From contig CAVNZM010000008.1 in the NCBI GenBank assembly GCA_963693365.1, forward strand, positions 9,608,196 through 9,672,195: a stretch of DNA of 64,000 nucleotides, given 5' to 3'. How positions within the stretch are numbered: position 1 is the stretch's first letter; the number at the start of each line of letters is the position of its first letter. Source of the DNA: Amoebidium appalachense (taxonomy: Eukaryota; Protista; Ichthyosporea). Of the stretch, positions 57,028-64,000 are shown piece after piece. A program made the translations under genes and the position numbers. The notes beneath the pieces were generated by a model. That model searched no databases, had not been told where the DNA came from, and saw nothing but the letters and a program-made list of their open reading frames with translations.

Positions 57028-57693
57028 CACCCCTCTTTGGCCGAACGTTGAATCTAATCTGCACTTTGACATAAGAAACAGAAAATCGACTTGTGCATTT
57101 CGAACCCTGGCCAAACATATGAGAAACCGACCCCACCAGCAAACTTCGAACACTTGTATTCTAAATTGATAATTCTGTCGATTGTATATCCTGCATGCAC
57201 ACTGAAGCGCATATGTAGTATGGTACCACAAGGTGATATGCAAAACTGATAAGCACTTATCATAAACGCTAATAACGCACATCAATGCGATTATTTAAAC
57301 TGTTAAAACTTAAAAAAGCCAGTCATGCTGTATTCTATGCAAATCCTTCCCACCTTGCCTCATTGAGCATCACCTCTCCCCATCCCTCTCAATCACAAGC
57401 ACCACCACACACGCTCATTCACTCCACAAAGCCAACAAGAGGAGAGAGAAACTCTTTGCCTCACTGCCATCACTCTACCACCACCACACACACTGACACT
57501 CGCGTGCGCGCACAACCTCCCCCCTCTATCCCCCCAAACACACCCAACCATGCCGCCACCGCCAAACGTCCCCCCCCTCCCCCCCCCTCCCCCTCCCTCC
57601 CCCCCCCGCCCCACAAAAAAAAAAACAAAAAAAAAACGAAAAAAGAAACAAAAAAAACCCAATCAGGCGCTTGTATACAACCACCACTAACAG

Positions 57694-57724
<31 letters not shown>

Positions 57725-57780
57725 TTTCATCCCATCCCCACCCCACCTCACCCCCTCCTCGGCTCCCCCTCTCCCCCTCT

Positions 57781-62851
<5,071 letters not shown>

Positions 62852-63326
62852 CTAAAGTCCAAACCCCCCATCAGAATAAATAACGACCAATCATATCATC
62901 TTTCCTTTGGTTCTAGGCTTGAACCTTTAACTAAAGTCCAAACCCCCCATCAGAATAAATAACGACCAATCATATCATCTTTCCGTTGGTTCTAGGCTTG
63001 AACCTTTAACTTAAGTCCAAACCCCCCATCAGAATAAATAACGACCAATCATATCATCTTTCCGTTGGTTCTAGGCTTGAACCTTTAACTAAAGTCCAAA
63101 CCCCCCATCAGAATAAATAACGACCAATCATATCATCTTTCCTTTGGTTCTAGGCTTGAACTTTTAACTAAAGTCCAAACCCCCCATCAGAATAAATAAC
63201 GACCAATCATATCATCTTTCCTTTGCTTCTAGGCTTGAACCTTTAACTAAAGTCCAAACCCCCCATCAGAATAAATAACGACCAATCATATCATCTTTCC
63301 TTTGGTTCTAGGCTTGAACCTTTAAC
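62852..63326. repeat. 79-bp minisatellite, 6 near-identical copies
   Basis: Unit CTAAAGTCCAAACCCCCCATCAGAATAAATAACGACCAATCATATCATCTTTCC(T/G)TTGGTTCTAGGCTTGAACCTTTAA starting at 62852, 62931, 63010, 63089, 63168 and 63247. There are no unique spacers. Confidence 0.95.
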
Positions 63327-64000
63327 AAGCAAGATGCATTGTAGCACTCCCTTCCCCTCCCCTCTCCCCCTCTTCCCCCCTCCCCCAATAAAATAAAAAG
63401 TAAATGCATAATTAAAATAATAAAAGCCGACAGGCCCTCCCTCACGTGGTGTAACCCATCCACACCAATACACCCTCTATCTTCCATCCACCCTTCCCCT
63501 CCCCGCCTCCCCCCCCCCCCCCCCCTTTTTTTTTTTGTTTCCACGCTCCTTCCATAGGCAATATCAACCACCCCTACTTCAACCCTCGACGTCTCAACCA
63601 ACCCCCCCCCCTCCCCCACAAAAAAAAAGTAATAAAATAAAAATCAAAATAATTTATCAATAGAAGTGAAACAAAAAGAAATAAAAGACCACGCCCCTTC
63701 TCTCTGCATTCCACCAAACGTCTTCTTCCTCTTCTCCGAAAGTTACCCACCTACTACACATGCCACAGCGCCCCCCCCCCCCCCCCCCCCCCCTCCCCCT
63801 CCCTCCCTTTCCCCCCTCCCCTCCCCCTTCCCCCCCCCCCCTCCCCCCCCCCCGCCCCTCTTCCCCCCCAGGGCGAAGAAATGAAACATCCAACTCTATG
63901 TCTCCACATACAGACACACACATACACACACACACACACCCCTACATTCTTTCCTCAGATATTGTCTAGCACCACAACAATGAAATCCCACAAAAAAACA

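Noticed and set aside
62852-63326. CRISPR-like regular array
   Set aside because: The units are head-to-tail with no unique spacers, there are no cas genes, and the context is eukaryotic.
63680-63750. Possible further upstream exon of the H4-like gene (WVTFGEEEEDVWWNAERRGV)
   Set aside because: The donor is weak and its phase cannot be checked within the window, so it was left out of the model.

Overview
Intron-rich, microsatellite- and homopolymer-saturated eukaryotic DNA (poly-C/G, (CA)n, (CT)n, (GCCT)n). The gene content fits a unicellular opisthokont, but that is inference. Nearly all of the supplied ORFs are repeat artefacts. Supported genes: an intronless COG0523/CobW-family metallochaperone GTPase (-), a 2-exon plasma-membrane Ca2+-ATPase (+), a 17-exon RhoGEF with DH-PH-HR1-like-SH3 domains and a Pro-rich tail (+), a degenerate C1-domain ORF, and the 3' part of a spliced gene ending in a divergent histone H4 fold (-) that probably runs off the right edge. 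Mobile DNA: a 5'-truncated Naiad/Chlamys-type Penelope-like retroelement (PLE) between poly(C) tracts in a RhoGEF intron, a short diverged 3'-end copy of it in an intron of the H4-like gene, two copies of an AG...CT foldback MITE with 6-bp TSDs, a 48-bp hairpin with an 8-bp TSD, and two CAC-type transposon ends. Most interesting: the PLE's ~2-kb 3' tail holds several structured-RNA domains. One is a terminal pseudoknotted fold showing compensatory changes between the two copies, and I could not match it to a hammerhead. Also notable: repeated 'echo' duplications of exon-intron junctions and the H4-fold fusion protein. All alignments, folds and gene models were done by eye.
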